DNA of 52,377 nucleotides, from NCBI GenBank assembly GCA_000934665.2, contig JYFJ02000723.1:62001-114377 (forward strand), given 5' to 3'. Of the stretch, positions 10,867 to 24,370 are shown one piece after another. The stretch's first letter is position 1; every line of letters starts with the position of its first letter. Source of the stretch: Catajapyx aquilonaris (taxonomy: Eukaryota). The notes beneath the pieces were generated by a model, which saw only the letters and a list, made by a program, of their open reading frames with translations, made no database searches and was not told the DNA's origin. The translations under genes and the position numbers were made by a program.

Positions 10867-13800
10867 TTACCCCAACATGCAGGAGGATGAAGATGGACCT
10901 GGAATGGGGTAGTTCCTCAGTACACGGTTTATGGTTCGCAGAAGTGGGTGTGGTTCACAGCTGCAGCGATTGGTAAAGTCGTCCAGGTCGAGAGCCCATA
11001 TCATTCCTCCACCTAGGCCCAAAGAACGGACCAGTTCGGACTGAAAAGCAAAGCCGAAGGTTATCACACACCATCAACTGACAATTTCTAAGCATACTTT
11101 AAGTAAAATAAAATATATGAATATTTACAACACATTACATCAAAAATTGATTATGTTTTCAGTTCTCATTCATTACCTTTTTCCGAATCATGTCAATGTC
11201 ATCAAATGAAACCCATTGGTTTCCCCTGTAAGCGTAGGGTCCCATCCTTTGCTGGGGATCCCTGACCACTGTCCATCCACTGCTCTTGATAAGGTGGCAT
11301 ATCTCATAGTAGGCAAGAAATCCACCAGCACGTGTGAATGCACCTGCCTCACCAGTGCCATAAGTAGGTGCATTCAAACCATTATTGGAGGAATCTGCCA
11401 AGGAGAAGCTCTGTCCATAGAGGGGCATGCCCATCACTATCTTCTGTCGATCTGCCCCTTGGTCTAGCCAGTAGTGGAGGGAGAAGTTCTGCAAGGAAAA
11501 CAGACCCACATAAAAAGGAGGATTCAATTTAGTCGGGTTGTTACTAACCGCATTGAAGTAGAAGAAATCATCATCTGGATGCGTGTACAAAGGAGCAACA
11601 TGTCCAGTCTTCTTGTCCCAGTGGCCATGGAAGTCGTATGTCATGACTGCAATCCAGTCAAGGTACTGGTTCAATGCTGGCACATCATACCCAGCATCAA
11701 TAACAGTCTTGCTTGGTGATACTGCAGAGCTGAGGAGTAGTCCTCTGGGCTTGAACTCCGCACTGAGCTCCCGCAGGAAGGCAGCAAAAGCAGGCTTGTC
11801 TGACTCGGGCCCTTTTTTGCAATCAACCTGCCAACACTTGGGGTACTCCCAATCCAGGTCCAGACCATCAAAGTTGTGCTTTTCGAGGAACTCCAATACA
11901 TGTTGGATGAACCTTGCCCTAGCTGCAGGACTGTTCACCAGGCGACTGTACTTGTCTCCTGCAGAATCATTCCAGCCACCAATGGCCAGGAGGACTTTTA
12001 TTCCCCTTGATTTGTATGCAGTCACCTTCTCGTAGAATTCTGCAAGAATCAAACTGGTTAGTGTCAGGCTCTGAATAGTCTGAAATGAAGGCAATCAAAT
12101 TGCTTACTGTTGTCAAAGTCAGCCCAGGAGTCATGTGCTCTGATAGTGAGTGAATCACCATTGAGGACGGCAAATCCATAGACTATGTGGGTGCAGAGAG
12201 AAGCATCAATATCGTCCGGTTTGTATTTCCCCAGTCCTGGCCTGTACCAAGCCCAATTGGTGAAGTAACAAACCACCTTGTAGCCAGTATCAGGAACCAC
12301 TATTGAAGGAGTGGTGCTGGAGGATGGTAAGGTGACAGTAGAAGGCTTCTGAGAACTCGTGGGTGGGGGCCACCAGGTTATTGGCTGGGTTGTTGGGGTT
12401 GACGTAGTGGAAGGAGTCCAATGAGTAACTGGTTCGGAGGTTGGGGTTGATGTAGTGGAAGGAGTCCAATGAGTAACTGGTTTGGTAGTTGGGGCCCAAG
12501 TGGGAGGGGAAGCAGACGAGGAGCCAGGCTGGCATTGACTGTTATATGGCCAGTCACAGTGATCCTAGAGAAAGTATCATATTTATAATCTCTCCTACTA
12601 TGTAAGAACTTACCAAGAAAAAGTTTCGCAATATACAAAAACTGACCTTATTCCAATGAAGTCCTGCTGGGCAGAACTTCAGTTTGTACTCATCAAACTG
12701 GCATTCGTAGTACTTCCCACAGTCGCTCTCGTGAGACTTGTACTGACCCATGTGACAACCCTTTTCCCCACCACCTGAAGGCTGAGTGACAACAGCCACT
12801 GTCGGTGGCTGAGTGGAAGGTTCAGTGAAGACCTGCTGTGGCCATTTGGTAGTGATAGTCACTGGTCTACTAGTCCCAGGAATTTTGGAACCACCTCCCT
12901 TGCCTTCTAAGGGACACTTGACTGTCAGAGGTGAAGAAGATGGCAAGCGACCCAAAACCCTGTTGATTGTCTTCAGTAATGGATGCTCCTCACACTCGCA
13001 ACGATTGCGGAAGTCATCTAAGTCCAGGGCCCAGATCATAGCTCCTCCTAGCTTCATGTCCACTACCAGTTGCGACTGCAAGACAAATGTTATCAGAATC
13101 CTACCTACACACTATACACAAATATTGCAGTCATTACCTTCTTGGCAATCATGGGAGCATCATCAAATGACACCCACTGGTTGCCCTTATAGGCATAAGG
13201 ACCCATTCTTCCAAGGGGATCCCTAACTACAGTCCATCCTTTGGTCTGGACCCTGTGGCATATCTCATAGTATGCCAGAAATCCTCCAGCCCGAGTAAAT
13301 GTGCCGGCTTCACCAGTGCCGTACGTGGGCGCATTTAAACCATTGTTGCTAGCTTCAGCCAGAGAGAAACTCTGACCGTAGAGGGGCATTCCCATCACTA
13401 TTTTTTCCCGATCTGCCCCTTGGTCGAGCCAGTAGTGGAGAGAGAAGTTCTGGAATAATAAAGTTTCCATGAATTAGTCGCCATTACAGTAATAAATAAG
13501 CTGAGTAATATAAAATGTCACCAACAGAATTAAAGTAGAGATTATCATCATCAGGATGTCCATAAAGTGGTGCCACATGTCCAGTCTTCTTGTCCCAGTG
13601 GCCATGGAAGTCATAGGTCATGACAGCAATCCAGTCCAGGTACTTGTTAAGTGCAGGTACATCATATCCGGCATCAATGACAGTCTTACTCGGTGACACT
13701 GCAGCGGTGAGGAGGAGGCCTCTGGGTTTGAACTCTGCATTGAGCTCACGAAGGAAGGAGGCAAAAGCAGGCTTGTCTGACTCGGGCCCTTTTTTGCAAT

Positions 13801-16800
13801 CAACCTGCCAGCACTTGGGGTACTCCCAATCCAGATCTAAACCGTCAAAGTTGTGCTTCTCTATGAATTCCAACACATGACGAATGAACCTTGCCCTAGA
13901 TGCAGGACTGTTCACCAGGCGACTGTACTTGTCTCCTGCAGAATCATTCCAACCACCAATGGCTAGGATAACCTTTACGCCCTTGGATTTGTATGCTGTC
14001 ACCTTCTCATAAAATTCTGTGAAGAAACAGTACAATTACTAATGGTATCATACGTACGAAATATCTACACTCACTATTGTCAAAATCTGCCCAGGAATCA
14101 TGTGCTCTGATTGTGAGTGATTCTCCATTAAGGACGGCAAATCCATACACAATGTGCGTACAGAGGGATGCGTCAATGTCTGATGGTTTGTACTTTCCAA
14201 GTCCTTGTCTGTACCAAGCCCAATTCGTGAAGTAGCATACAACCTTGTAAGGCGATGAAGATGATGGTCCCACAGGAGCCACTGACGAGTCTGTTCCAGG
14301 CCCAGGTAGTGCAAGGTCTGTAACACTGGGACTTGTCACTGGTGCAGGACCTACAAGAAGCGCAAACAGTAATAATAATTATGTGGCATATCATTTATGA
14401 TAATCATCATACCTGGTGGAGGTGTAACAACAGCTACTCCTGCTTCCCCAGCCTTCCTGGGTGGCCCCAGAACTTGCACAATGGTATTAAGCAAGGGATG
14501 TGGTCCATTCCCACAAGTCCCCCTGAAGTCATCCAGATCCAAGGCCCAGATCATTCCTCCAGCCAGACCTAATGACCTAATGAACTCACTCTTCTTCCTG
14601 ATTGTTTCAGCATCGTCAAATGAAAACCACTGCCTGTCTTTATAAGCAAAAGGTCCCATCCTTCCGTGAGGGTCTTTCACAACTGTGTATCCTTCCTGCT
14701 GCACCTTTTGGCATATTTCATAGTAGGCAAGGAACCCAGCTGCTCTTGTCTGCTGACCAGCCTGGCCTGGACCAGTAGAAGGTGCATTCAGGCCGTTTTC
14801 ACTTGGTTTAGTCAGGGTGAAGCTCTGTCCGTACATAGGCATACCCATCACGATTTTAGATGCAGATGCACCTTTCCATATCCAATAGTGAATAGAGTAG
14901 TTCTGAAAGAATCAGAATGACATTTTCATAAGATATTGTCCAAGTTTCATTTCCTTTGAGTTAATGAACAATAATAATAATTATTGTTACATGTTGCAAT
15001 GCCATCAGTAGTATCCCTCACTTCCATATAAAATCAGGTCGATGCAAAAAATAGCTATAAGAAACAATTCCCTGACACTTACAGCATTGAAGAAGTAGAA
15101 GTCATCATCTGGATGCCCATATAAGGGAGCAACATGTCCAGTCTTCTTGTCCCAATGTCCATGGAAATCATATGTCATCACTGCAATCCAGTCCAGGTAC
15201 TTATTGAGGGCTGGTACATCATAACCAGCATCCACGACAGTCTTGCTAGGTGATACAGCAGAGGTGAGGAGAAGTCCCCTGGGCCTGAATTCTGCGCTGA
15301 GTTCCCGTAGGAAGGAAGCAAAAGCAGGTTTGTCTGAATCTGGCCCCTTTTTGCAATCAACCTGCCAGCACTTCGGATATTCCCAGTCCAAGTCGAGACC
15401 ATCAAAGTTGTGCTTCTCCAGGTATTCTAGGACATGCTTAATGAACCTTGCCCTGGATGCAGGACTGTTCACTAAACGACTGTATTTATCTCCAGCAGAG
15501 TCGTTCCAGCCACCAATGGCTAGAAGGACCTTTATACCTTTTGACTTGTATGCTGTAACCTTCTCATAGAACTCTGGAAAGAAAAAAAACAACAACATTA
15601 TAATGTTGCACACTTCAACTTAGTAGTGGCAATATTAAAATAACTCACTGTTATCAAAGTCTGCCCAGGAGTCATGTGCTCTAATGGTGAGGCTATCGTA
15701 GTTGAGTACAGCAAACCCATACACAATGTGTGTGCACAGTGTCGCATCAATGTTGTCAGGAGTGTACTTCCCCTTTCCAGGACGATACCATGCCCAGTTG
15801 GTGAAGTAGCACACCAGCTTGTAATCTCCTAATGCGAAAAGGAAAACAGATTTGCTTTGTTATCGGAAAATTGACCTAGAGGCAGGTCATGAGATTTGAC
15901 AGTATGCCTCAGGTGAGATTTACCTGAGAGAGTTCCTGATGATCCAACAATGCCAGGCTCTACTGTGGCTACTGTAATAGGTGTTGAAGGTGTGGTAGGT
16001 TTACTCCAGGAAGTCGGTGGAGGCTTGCTCCAAGAAGGAGCGGTAGGTTTGCTCCATGAAGTGGTGGTAGGTTTTTCCCAAGATTCAGTGGTGGCGGGAC
16101 CTGCCGTACCTACTGTAACAGAACCAGGTTCCAAGGGGCAACTTGCCTGTTCCGGCCAATCGCAGTTCCTCAGTACCTGATCCCAAGCACGAAAAACATT
16201 TAATTATTATCATTACATTCAACATAAAAGCATAGATCACTCACGTTGTTCCAGTGCAGCCCTTCCTGGCACTTGAACTGTACAAAATCACCATAGACGC
16301 ACAGCAAGTACGAGCCACAGTCCTGTGGGTTTGGACTATAGGCACCATCCTGGCAACCAATTTTTGGACGGTGCACTTTCTCCCCATTCCACCAGAATGG
16401 TGTCACAGAGTTCAGCAGTGGAAGCCGCACAAAGAGTACTGCCCTTGAGCCTATGCAGCAAATAACAATAGTGAAGGGACATTCATGCAGCCAATGTTGA
16501 AAAGCAATAACGCAAAAGGGGAAAAGCACGACGTGGCATAATTATAAGAATTGACAACTTGTAACTGTGCAGTGTGGCTGGTCAAGTGCTTTTAAGCACA
16601 TTAACTTTGGTTAGTGTAATAATTGTTCCTGTTTTGTACATATTTTGACTTTCCATGTCAAAACCAGTTTCTCTTCATTTCCAAAGGACTATCACCCAAC
16701 CGCAGTAATAACTAAATAAAATAATAATAAATATATCTGTACAGGTGACCCTATAGAATAACATACTCATCAAAAGACATCCCCATAAAAAATATTTCAG

Positions 16801-19800
16801 TAAAATCTACTCTATCTGTTCCATGGACATCAATCTGTAGTTCAGTATGTTGTATAACGTTTCAACAGGTGTAATTGTCCCATGAAATACTGTGGGCTCA
16901 GATTGTTGTGATGATTTCAGTTATAATTTTAAAAAGTATACACAAAACTACTGACAACTACATAATACTATAACTGAACTAACTGACTTTTGAACAATTT
17001 TATTTCAACTATTCTGGTGAAAAAATACACTCACTTTCAATAACTTAAGGCAAACTTATCAAATACTGCTTGAACAATAACTTAAGATTTGCATGCAACT
17101 AGACACAATAAATGACTACTGCAACATTCAGGTATCTAAGCTAGCGATACATTTTCACTAATCAACTACTCTAATACATTCCTAAACAACTGCATAAACC
17201 ACAAAATGGGTGTTGGTACTGCGATAAAACTGACAAGCGGAGAAAAAGCAGAAGCAGGTGTGGGTAGCAGGGAGCGTCAAAAATGGTCACTCACGCCTCA
17301 GTTGACACTGTGCCCTCATGGGCCAGTCACAGAGCACTCTCATCTGATCCCAGTGCAGTCCAGGTGGGCAAGACATCCGATGAGGTTTTCTATCCACACA
17401 CAAGTAGTACGACTGACAATCAGATGGAACAGGATAGTATGACCCTGTCTGGCATCCCTCCTCAGGATAAGGCGTAGATGTGCGGCTTGTCGTGAACTCA
17501 GAGGTGGCTGTTGTGGATGGGGTCCCCATCCCACCTCCAGGTTCCCTATCACCCCTACATCCAGCTGAAGTGGGCCAGTCGCACATGGTCCTGTCCTGGT
17601 TCCAATGGAGTCCTGGGGAGCAGATCCTCTTCTCCACTCGACCCATCACGCACATGAGGTATTCATTGCAGTTCCCAGTCAATGATGGATTGTACAGCCA
17701 ACCAGAACATCTATCTGACATGACTTCTACATCCATCTCCCCCTCAATTTCTGAATTTGTGCTAGAAGTCCAGTGTATTGGTGGTGATGTTGTTGGTTCA
17801 GTCCACTGTGTTATCGGCCTCATTGTGGTGCTCATGCCTATTTTTAAAATAAGAGGTAAAATAAAATTTAAAATGAGGCCACTAATGAAAACACATTTCT
17901 AATCATTTCTCAATAGTAACAATAATATAATTCTAAGTAAACTGTAACTCACCAATAGGCCTGCATGGTCCCTTTGGCCAGTCACATCCACTCATCTCCG
18001 GGTTGAAATGCAGCCCAGCATTACACCTTTCTACATGTGTAAACCCATGAATGCACCTGTAGTACACATCACACTGGTCTCGGTCGCGCTTGTAATCCCA
18101 GTCCCTGCAACGTTGACCAGGAGCTGGCAATTCTTCCTCAGGTTGGGGGACAAACACGGTTGTAGTTGTTGGAGTGGTGACAGCCATGGTTGGTCTTGTA
18201 GTGAAAACTGTGGTGAAAGTTGGCCTTGTAGTTGTTTCTGTTGTTGGTGGTGGTGTTGGTGCTGCTGTTGTTGGTGATGTCACCTGGATATGACACATCA
18301 CCTTGTGTGGCCAGTCACAAGAGTTGAGATTGGGATCAAAGTGTAGTCCACCAGGGCAATCCTCACGTAAGACATGCCCATTAACACAGCGGACATAAGC
18401 AGCACAGTTTCCAGGTATGGGGCGGATAATCCATCCGTCACATGGTGTCCCTGGTCGGAGGGAATCTGACGAACCTGTTGTGGTCTGTGGTCTCCAAGTT
18501 GTCAAGGGCCTCTTAGTAGTGGTTGTAGTAGTAGTAGTTGTTGTTGGGGATGTTGTAGTCGTTGCCCTTGTTGTGGTAGTTGATGGTGTCCACCAGCTGG
18601 AAGTTGTTGGTGATGTCCACCAGTTGGTAGTTGTTGAAGGTGTTGTGGATGTCCACCAGCTAGTAGTTGTTGAGGGTGTTGTGGATGTCCAAGGTGTGGG
18701 TGGCCTGGTTCCTAAAGGAAGGCACAGTTATGTCAACAAGTGCATATTTTGTGCTATGCAACGGAGACCAGTAATTGAGCTCCCAGACCAATATGGCTTA
18801 ATTAAATAGCAATATCCAACAGGCAGGTTAATAACATGAATTATGAATAAGATAAAATAACACAAGAAATTGCTCACAAACCTGCTTCCTCTGGTGTTGT
18901 CATGGGCACAGTTGGAGGGGTGGGTGGGGTGGAGGGCGGGCTGCAATCATGGCCTGGCAATGGAGGGACTCCAGGCAAAGCCATCTCCCTAGCCACAAGG
19001 TGCACCACTGGAGAAGGACCTCGGCAGCATTTATTTTGGAAGTCATCCAGGTCCAAAGTCCACAGGGCAGCTCCTCCAAGGCCATTTGACTGGATGAAGC
19101 GTACCTGACAAAAACACAGTGAAATGCGGTAAATGTGGTATGATGCAAGGAAAAAAACATTGTGGGGGTGTACAGCCACATACCTTGGTTTGTATAAACT
19201 CTAGATCATCATATCCAACCCACTGGTTGTCTTTATAGAGATAAGGTCCATTCTGGCCACTGGGATCCTTCACTTTCCACCAACCATCAGTTCTCTCTAA
19301 AAATATAGAAAGTCTGTGTAGTATTATTATCACAATTAAAGACTCCATAATTTTGCACATTAAAATATATTATGGATCAACATATTTCCACAATAATTTT
19401 ATTTATTTATTTAATTACCCTGTTGAGAGAGGACAGCGCTCTTTTAGGGGGGTGGATCACCAGCATTTTTCAGTCAATTTTCTATATATTTTTTATTCGA
19501 ACTCCAGGAAGAAAGGACATGAGGTAGGGATGGGGATTTTTGGGGAGGAGACACGGGTACTGGTGCAATGTCTGAAACTGGGTCATGTGCAGTCTCCCTG
19601 GAGGTTAGGTTGTCAGATGCCTCCCAGGCATTGGTCAGAGACCTTCCTGACGCAGGCGAAAGGGAGATCCGGGGACTTTCCGCTCGACAAGCAGAGTTGT
19701 TACCAACTCGGCCACCACACCTCCCCATAATATTCCATAATAATTATATTGCCGACATATTAAATAAATATTACATCATCCCTTGCATATTTGATTCATT

Positions 19801-22012
19801 TAGGCAAGAAAATATGTAATGATTCAACTACAACAAAAAAAAGATAATACCTTTGTAGCAGATTTCAGAGAATGACAGCATCCCACTTTGTTGTGTAAAT
19901 GGACCAGGCCGCCCTGGCCCAGAGGTTGGGCTTCCTAGCTTGGTCTTGGATGGATCAGCCAGTGTGAAGCTCTGTCCATAAAGAGGTATCCCCACCACTA
20001 TCTTTCCCTTTTCTGCCCCTTGCTGCAGGACATATTGCACCACGGACTCCACATTGTAGTGAGGAGTGGCTTCCCCTTGTCTGGGACGAAGAGGAGCAGA
20101 GTGCCCTGTAACTCCTTCCCAGCTCCCATGGAAGTCATATGCAGACAGAGTCATCCAGTCCACTGCCCTGCTTATTGCTGCCAGGTCATAACCTTCTTCC
20201 AGAACCTCTCGATATCCAGAAACCCCCACAGCCAGGAGCAGAGGAGGGGAACGGAGAGTCATCTCTGCTTTGAGCTCCCTAAGGAACTGGGCATAGGCAG
20301 ATCGGTCAGATGCAGGACCTTTCCTGCAGTCAGACTGCCAGCATTTTGGGTAATTCCACTCCACACTCAGACCATCAAACTCTTGCTGGACCAGAAAATC
20401 CACTGCCTGTGAAAAATGGGAAGTGCATCTTATGTAGGAAGCAGTAGGTATGTAGACTATATGTTAATGCCAATATTAGCAAAGAGCTTGTGTTATTTTC
20501 GCTAGATAACATAAGAGTAATTACCTGTGAGATGAACTGCCGGCGAAGTTGTGGATTGTTGACTAATCGGCTATACTTGTCCCCGCTTGAGTCTGTCCAT
20601 CCTCCCATTGCTAGCAACACCTTGAGGCTTGGGTTGCTCTGCTTTAGTGCTGTTGTGCGTTGGTATAGGCCTTCAACAAATAAGGAGTAACATTACATCC
20701 TCACCCTTCAAAGACATACAAAAAGTACTTACGATTTTCAATGTCGGCTCTGGGATCTAATGGTCTCAGCTGCAGAGAAGAAGGTTCAAGTCCAGCAAAA
20801 GCATACACTATATGTGAACAGCGTTTGGAGTCAATGAATTCTGGGGCATATTTAGCATCACCACTGCGGTGCCAGGACCAGTTGGTCACATAGCACACCA
20901 CTCTAGGAGAAGCTGCAAAAAATTAGCATTGCAAAATGTTGTTACATATGCATTAGATTATTGGTAATAATATGTATTACAAACATTCTTAATGTGAGAA
21001 CCACAATGCACATGTAATAACTTACTAACCTCCACTTTCGTATGCACTGGTCTGTTTGACTTGCGAGTAAATGCTTGGTGGTACTACAGCTTCAACATCT
21101 CCCCTCTGAAAGGACACCACAGGTCCCTCCTCTGTATCGACCAGATCTTCAATGACAGCTTCAAGCAGACCTCCATTTCCATAGCTGAATGGCTCTGCAT
21201 AAGGCAAAGGTAAGGCTTCCACATCACCCCGGAAGAACCTGGGTTCTTCTCCAGTTGACCAATATGCATGACTTGCATGCAGCTCATCCCGAAGTCGCAT
21301 AGATCTTCGAAATCCGTCTGGATAAGACTCCACAGCAGACCTCTGGAATCCATTAGATTCATCTTCCTCGGTGATGGGCCTAGGACCACTTCTAGAGGAC
21401 CAGACTGGGTCATCTGTCTCTCTGAAGATGTGTTTTGGATTCAGCCAAAGGGTGTGGTTGCCACTATCATCGTGGTTGACCCGAGGCTGGGGCGCCTCCA
21501 CAAGTGAAAGTGCAGGCGCTAGGACTATAGTAGTCCAAAGCGCCAACCTCGAAACAGGCATGCTCACCTGTAATTCTGCAAAAAAGCACAAGCCCAACTT
21601 TTTATTGTTTCAATCATTGTGTATGCCTGACATATCACAATATAAAAATATGGGAATCACTCTTTGCCTGCATTCACTTGAAGGGAGTAAAAGAACTTTC
21701 ATTAAACCTGCTTGATTTTGATGTCTTTAAAAATAGCTACCCTCTATGATCAGACATCCCAACATTGTGGAACCACTTTCCTTTGAAGGGCAAGGTCAGG
21801 TACCTAAGCATTTTCCAATTACAGTATAAGCCAAAAAGAAAATCCAGATGAATCATCACAAGTAACACTGCATACTTTATATTGTAATACATTGCATATT
21901 CCAGAATGTCAATGAAATGAAACTACGTATTATTACTATTATAGGCACGGACAAATTACAGCTAAGCAATAATATGCAGTATGATATAATATTATTACTT
22001 ACCTATCCTCAT
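10867..22012 (-). CDS. Cht10: Group II multidomain chitinase (chitinase 10-like): signal peptide, GH18 (degenerate), 5x CBM14, GH18, GH18, CBM14, GH18
   Basis: Exons (-): probable 22012-22003 micro-exon; 21575 (or ATG 21561)-21030, 20912-20733, 20670-20525, 20406-19851, 19296-19184, 19104-18882, 18711-17953, 17837-17295, 16450-16245, 16176-15924, 15828-15649, 15573-15083, 14902-14413, 14350-14075, 14016-13526, 13449-13138, 13075-12647, 12564-12108, 12039-11549, 11488-11177, 11040-10867. Motifs VCYFTNWAWYR, KVLLAIGGW, FDGLDLDWEYP (x3), MTYDFHG, WALDLDDF; six 6-Cys CBM14 domains (GLH[WF]..CDWP). Confidence 0.95.
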
Positions 22013-23462
22013 GATTTTCTGCATTAAATTTGCATGTAATTAAAAGCTTTCACGTGTTTTTGCCTTTTTGGTTGTCAAAACTTATTAAAAATCCAATTAA
22101 TTTACCAGCTCCCAAAATTCCATGCTTCCACACTTTATTTTATTTTATTGATTTTTTTTACTTGGAGCACATATTCCGTAAATGTTTCTATTGCAGTTTA
22201 TGCAAATATTTATTATAATTTTAAATATTTACCCCAGCAATTATCTCTGAAGAGCAAAATACGTATTTATTTCATGATAGTCCTTCAACCTATTGTCCTA
22301 CTTGTATTATTCCTTACAGCCTATAATTTACAATGTCAATGCCCATTTATCTCTGATAATATCGCAGCATGACTAGTCACTGAGCACCTCTATTATCTGG
22401 AAGTACACCTTGACCTTGTAGGAAAAAGAAGCCAATGATACACCTTATAAATTGCAACACCAGCTGCTGCACCAGTTTTTGCCCTCATGATGGGTTGGTC
22501 ATCCGCATTATATTATATCAATCGGTATTTATACCGGGTAAAGTATGATGAAGCAAATTAAATATTTGCGGGCGTGATAATAGAGGAAGGCGGGGGCCAC
22601 CCATTGAGGTGGTCTCGTTGATGAGGCCTCAGGAGTGGGTGTGGCCACCATTCACTTTTCACGGCCAGAAAAAAACGGCCACACAAAAGAGTCGATGACG
22701 GACACTTGCTTCATGTCTACGTGTGTGTCTTTTTACTCCTTCGAGTGCACGTGTAAGCGGATAAGAACAATGCGTGGGACAACGACCCCTTTTATTAGCT
22801 CACGCTCTTTTTTATATCCTCTGCCTAGTCATCAACATATTAGGGCCCTATACATGATACTTTTTCTGGCGCATTACAACTTAAGCCGGATCTTAATTTC
22901 TGTGGTGTCAGCTTAGTCTGCATGCGAATCACAGCATTTCCAGCAAGTGTCCGCGAGATTTCCACCGATACGGATGCGACCCGGCATATTTGAATTGCCT
23001 GTCTGAGAGTCGCTTCAAATCAATCTGAAACCACTCGAAGGCTGTCTCAGGTGAAAACGGCAGCAAGCTTGCTGTGTGACCCCCATGACCCCCAGCTAGA
23101 GCTCTCAAGCAGTCAGACCTAGGCGTGTCAGCTACTGCTGTCCGCAGCCTTATCTGCGGACACATGGAGTGAAATAAATGCAGGGCGCTACTTCAGCTTG
23201 CAAGCGGTCAGATTGGGCCGTCAGAGGCGTGACAGCCACCTCCTGAAAAATCTGGGAGGTCAATTGGGGTCGCGAAGGGTATCTCTCATCTCGTCCCATC
23301 ACGAGACAGGCTCGTTAATGGATGCTGATGGCAGGTCAGGGCTGCACGGCTGCTGCAGGCATGACCAACACTGCCCCCTTTTTCGTCCCCTGCATAACAA
23401 TTATCAACCCACTTTCTCCAAGAAACATAAGTGGTCTAACGAGGAGATTGTTAGTCACCCAA

Positions 23463-23535
23463 GTTTCCGTAGTGTAGTGGTTATCACGTGCGCCTCACAC
23501 GCGCAAGGTCCCCGGTTCGATCCCGGGCGGAAACA
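23463..23535 (+). tRNA. trnV-CAC: tRNA-Val (anticodon CAC)
   Basis: 73 nt GTTTCCGTAGTGTAGTGGTTATCACGTGCGCCTCACACGCGCAAGGTCCCCGGTTCGATCCCGGGCGGAAACA with complete cloverleaf, A and B boxes and a downstream T4 run. Confidence 0.97.
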
Positions 23536-24370
23536 CTCTTTTAATTATTTTAAAAATCGATATGTGGTTTGGACGAAAATGGACATCCATGGGCAAGAAT
23601 TCCCACGCATGAATGGACAAAAATTGTTTGGCTAATATACACTCCTATTAAAAAGGCACGTGAGGTGTTATTACTCCTGCAAAACTGCGTGAAACAAATG
23701 ACCACTCTTGTAGTGCCAGAAGGAAAGATCGTACAACTATATAGATTTTTTTTCTTGGTATGATTGACTGTAAGGCTAAAGGCTACAGAATAATGACCAA
23801 TATGTGTTATGCCCTTGACAATAATTATCATTCCAAACTGCCCTGTCATAATAGCCGTTTTCAGAACCAGTTCATTTTTTATTGTCTCTTCGACCGAATG
23901 TTATACCCTCTACACGTTACCTAAAACAATTTGCATCAATCATGATTCACAAATGATATCACCTTCACCTTGTAGCACACCGAAGAGAGAAAAAGGTCAG
24001 GAGATTTATCACATGCCAACTCTGGATAGGATTGTCTCGTTGTATATCAGTCTATAGAGGGAGGGAAAAAAATTGTCGATGTGCCAGATATCGTAGTCGT
24101 GATTCTCTTGACTAGTGGCATCCAGCTATTATTTTGAGCAGCCATTTGTTCAGGCGAGAACTATACGATGTCGCACAAGATAATATAGGAAAACTTGATT
24201 TGTAGAGGAACGCTTCATGGGCAGGCTACAAGATGTTGCATATTTTCCTCTATGGGCATATACCGCCGGTATTTCTAGAAAACTCTACCTGCTAGCTGTA
24301 AGGGTTCGAGGACTATAATAATATTGTATGATACTATTGTATGACAAAAAGCCTGGGCTCAAGTTCGACC

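Noticed and set aside
19420..19730. GC-richer segment in a chitinase intron as an alternative exon
   Set aside because: The flanking exons already join in frame to complete the GH18 domain; probably a repeat remnant, with no TIRs identified.
11216..21715. Many plus-strand ORFs opposite the chitinase, including repeated similar ones (11583, 13620, 15243)
   Set aside because: Antisense shadows of the coding exons; they resemble each other only because the GH18 domains are repeated.
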